Assembly (NCBI GenBank): GCA_977016875.1
Contig: CDRNST010000018.1
Location: 248,001 to 312,000 of the forward strand
Length of the DNA stretch: 64,000 nt
Direction of reading: 5' to 3'
Origin: Pavona decussata
Taxonomy: Eukaryota
The translations under genes were made by a program, and so were the position numbers. Positions 60,804 through 64,000 of this stretch are shown in pieces. A model generated the notes under the pieces. It worked only from the letters and a program-made list of their open reading frames with translations, did no database searches and was not told the DNA's origin. Every line of letters starts with the position of its first letter. Position 1 is the first letter of the stretch.

Positions 60804-61279
60804 AAGAGAAAGGGGCGCAAATTTACTGCTTTATAGAGAAGGTGTCACAGGACACATCTAGCTTTTGCCTTAGAGTAGGTTGTGAAAGTGACAAAGTGAT
60901 CGCATTTCGTTCTTTTGAGCGGTTAGCCATGACAACTCACGTGAAACGCGGAATCAGCTGCAAATCAGCAACGCATGTAAGTCACGCCTACGAGGGCCTC
61001 GTTTCCACGAAATTACTTTTTGTTAACTTTCTTATACAAATTGTCAGCAGATAACTGACGTGACTCTTTGTCGCTTTGAATACTGCCAGTTTGCTCGAAG
61101 GTGAGCGGCGTGTTGAGTCTCTTCTGTGTTGGGGGTTAAAGTACAATGTCACAACCCAGTGTACAGCTAAGAAACCGGGCCAGCTGTGCAACAGGAGTTG
61201 GAAATGCGACAGTTTTTGGGCCACCATATCTCGAGGCTAGGGAACAAGAACCACCCTTCGTTCCGCGAACTTGTTCGCT

Positions 61280-61311
61280 ATCACTTCTCTGCCTTTTGGC
61301 TTAGTTGAGTG
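61280..61311 (+). ncRNA. U2 snRNA 5' fragment (divergent), fused to a Tx1 element
   Basis: ATCACTTCTCTGCCTTTTGGCTTAGTTGAGTG after the conserved spacer. Confidence 0.82.
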
Positions 61312-64000
61312 GCTTGTGTCCTTTTGTTTTATTTTTTGTTGAATGCAAGTCCTAAGTACTCGTTGGGGGGGGGGGGAGGGACGGCAAAGCCTTCCCCCCC
61401 TTTCTTGGATTTTCTTGTCTGTGCTTTTATTTGTGTACAGCACGAATTGCTGGGCCTGGTGGTATGGCTCAAGAATCCTCGGATTTTCAGTAAAACTGGG
61501 CTGACGTTACTGACGCTGCTGAAGTTTCTGAAGTTAATGGAGTTAATGAATTTAATGGAGCTAATGAAGTTAATATGGAATGTGATGATGCTGCTTCCTA
61601 CGCTGAAGCTGCCTCCGGTCGCCGACGTTCTGATAGTTGTTTGTCAAATACTGCTGGTCTCTTTATGGATCGTCATGATCGCATGTCTGAGGAGGACAGA
61701 GAACACATTCACCCGTACAACCTTCTGCCTGATGTTTGTGTTCTGCTCATTTCGTTCTTTCTACTAAGGATGTGCCTACCACCGACATTTTTGATGAATT
61801 AAAAGACTGTAGTATTCGTTTGTCTGGCGTTCGTTGTCTACAACGTAATCCTAATGGTTTTGTGTCTGTTATGTTTTCCACTGCTGATTACCGTGCCTTG
61901 TTCCTTCGTAAATCTGCGTTCATTCCTCGTTCTCGCTCTAGTTTCTGTCGTGCTAATAACTCTATGTACACCTTCGTTGCTGTCTTTGACGCGCCGTATG
62001 AGCTTCTCGATGGGGCTATTGCTCATCGCCTGAGCAAGTAGGGCACTGTCCGCAATATCCGTCGCAGTAATCTACAGGGCTATGTGGGCATTCAAAATGG
62101 CAGCGGGTCGTGCAAATGGAGCTTATGGAATCCATTTTTTTTTTCTGCGTTTCGGTCGTCGTTTGGTTTGCATAAAACATGATGGGCAGGTCCCCACATG
62201 TCGTAAATGTCATCAACCTGGTCATGTCGCTCGTTTGTGTACCAACGTCAGCTGCTTTAATTGTGACCAGCTTGGCCCCACCTTCCGTGACTGCCCCGAT
62301 ATCTTGAAATGTGGCATTTCTAAAGAGGATGGCCATTATGCTGTTGACTGCGAGCTCTCGTGGTGGAGAAGACCTGTCTCTGCGGCTAACGATGATAATG
62401 GTGATGATGAAAAACGTCCTTCACCTGAAAATTCTCCTCCTTCTGAAAATCCTCCTCCGCCTGATGATCCTCCTGCTGATGTTCCGCCTTCTGCTTCTGT
62501 TGTCGTTCCGCAACTGCCTCCACAGCCTCAGTCTGTTCCCTCGTCGTCTGCTTCTCAGCCTTCGTCTGCTCCTCTGCAACCTTCTTGTTTGTTGTTGATG
62601 CTTTGCCCTTAGCCTCTTCGCAATCTTCATCGCTATCGTCATCTCCTTCTTGTACTCCACCTGCTCAGTCTCCGGAAGTCAGTCTTTCGCAGGATTTGCA
62701 ATTACCCTCGCAGCTCTCGTCCCAAAAGCCTCTTTGTTCTCAAACGGATTCTCCACCTTCGCCTGTTTTTCAACCATCTTCGGCATCTTCTGTTATTTCT
62801 GGTACTCCGACTGTTTCAGACACTGTTCTTGCTGCTGCTGTGGAGTGACAGTGTTCGCCTACTACTTGTGATTTAGTAATGTTAGAGGTTCCAGATCCAG
62901 TTCCTGATTCAGTTCCTGATCCTGTTCCTGATCCATTTCCTGATCCTGTTCCTTTTCACGCTCCTGTCCAATCGCGATCCCTGTTACCTCGTCCATCATC
63001 TCCTCTTGGTGCCAAGCGTAAGCCGGCCAAGTTGATTTCTTCCGTTGGTCCGCCTGTCCATACGTCTACCTACTACAGGGCCCCTCAGGATAAACAGCCC
63101 CGTAGCTGATTGGGCCACCCTGTCTAAATAAAGTTCACTTACTTACTTACTTACTTACCTCCCCTTATCCTGTTGCAAACCCTCGTAGGACTAATAATCC
63201 TCCCCCTTCATGACTTCTAAATTTATTTCTTTAAATTCGCGCGGTTTTAGTAAACGCCTTCAGGGTTATCTCCTCGATAACCTTCGTTTTACATCTGACG
63301 TTTTTTGCCTTCAAGAAACTCAGCTTTCTGATCTTGGTGTTTTTCGCACCTTTGCTCGTGCCTGGCGTGGGCCATGTTATTGGTTCCCCGCTATAGGTAA
63401 GCAGGCCGGTGTTCTTGTTTGTTTTTCTGATTCTTTTACAGGTTCAGTTAAGAACTGGAAAAGGGACACCTCTAGGAAGATTATTAGTCTTCTCCTGGAT
63501 CTTAATGGCATTAAGCTTAATTTAGTTAACATCTACGCTCCCACTAATTTGACCGATAGGAAAATTTTCTTCGAAAATCTTCTTGAATATTTTTTGCCTT
63601 CCGACGCTAGGATTGTTGCGGAAGATTTTAACTGCTATGACAACCAGCTACATAAATTTGGCGAGAATTTTGTCCCGGCTAACTATCTTTCTAATTTTCG
63701 TTCTTCGTTTTCTTTATCAGATGCCTGGCACCGACTTCACCCGCGTCTGTGCCAGTGCACCTGGTCTAATTCTGATTTTTCGGTGGGTTCTCGGTTAGTT
63801 TTTTGTTTCTACCAGATTTATGTCTTCTGTTATTTCTTGCTTATGGTTTTGGCCCTGATTTCTGCCGATGGATTTCTACTTTTTATAATGGCGCTTTTAT
63901 GCAGATTATTCTGAATGACTGGTTAACTGAAAGAATTTCTCTTGAGCGCAGAGTGCATCAGGGGGATCCTTTGTCTCCTTTGCCTTATGTTCTTTGTGTA
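61312..64000 (+). mobile_element. U2-targeted Tx1 element, lineage B copy 2 (internal deletion; runs off the window)
   Basis: ORF1 HPYNLLP...CRKCHQPGHVARLC, CFNCDQLG; ORF2 ATG at 63210 (MTSKFISLNSRG); jumps to the RT region near 63835. Confidence 0.9.
63072..63155 (+). mobile_element. Short LINE/SINE 3' tail with (CTTA)n and TSD TACCT, inside ORF1
   Basis: CAGGG...CCCTG hairpin, AATAAA and CTTA repeats; absent from the homologous position in lineage B copy 1. Confidence 0.65.

Overview
Eukaryotic (animal) DNA, inferred to be cnidarian or coral-like. The backbone is a decaying tandem array of a ~2.0-kb U2 snRNA(+) / U1 snRNA(+) / spacer / 5S rRNA(-) / spacer unit. About ten Tx1/L1-clade non-LTR retrotransposon copies (zinc-knuckle ORF1; APE-endonuclease/RT ORF2, all degenerate) have invaded it, each sitting at or adjacent to a defined site in one of the RNA genes. 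At least three lineages target U2 at the branch-point recognition sequence (called A, B and Y here; A and B together are 'X-type'). One lineage targets 5S rRNA (two copies) and one copy sits in U1. Nested secondary insertions are a Kolobok-like DNA transposon in U2 (TTAA TSD), a PIF/Harbinger element (TAA TSD), a Penelope-like fragment with a hammerhead-like motif (7-bp TSD), CR1/L2-type LINE tails and a 6.2-kb tyrosine-recombinase cassette. A non-array block (~5.1-16.9 kb) holds a spliced HMG-box + GTF2I-repeat-like pseudogene converging on an integrase-core transposase pseudogene. Most notable: the U2-like leaders carry lineage-specific substitutions, suggesting they travel with the element; a covarying structured RNA lies just downstream of them; an AUG-less ORF2 follows an in-frame UGA in lineage A; 3' UTR RNA modules are shuffled; and Y-element 5' ends coincide with deletions of their upstream neighbours. 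All calls come from reading the sequence by eye; no searches were run.
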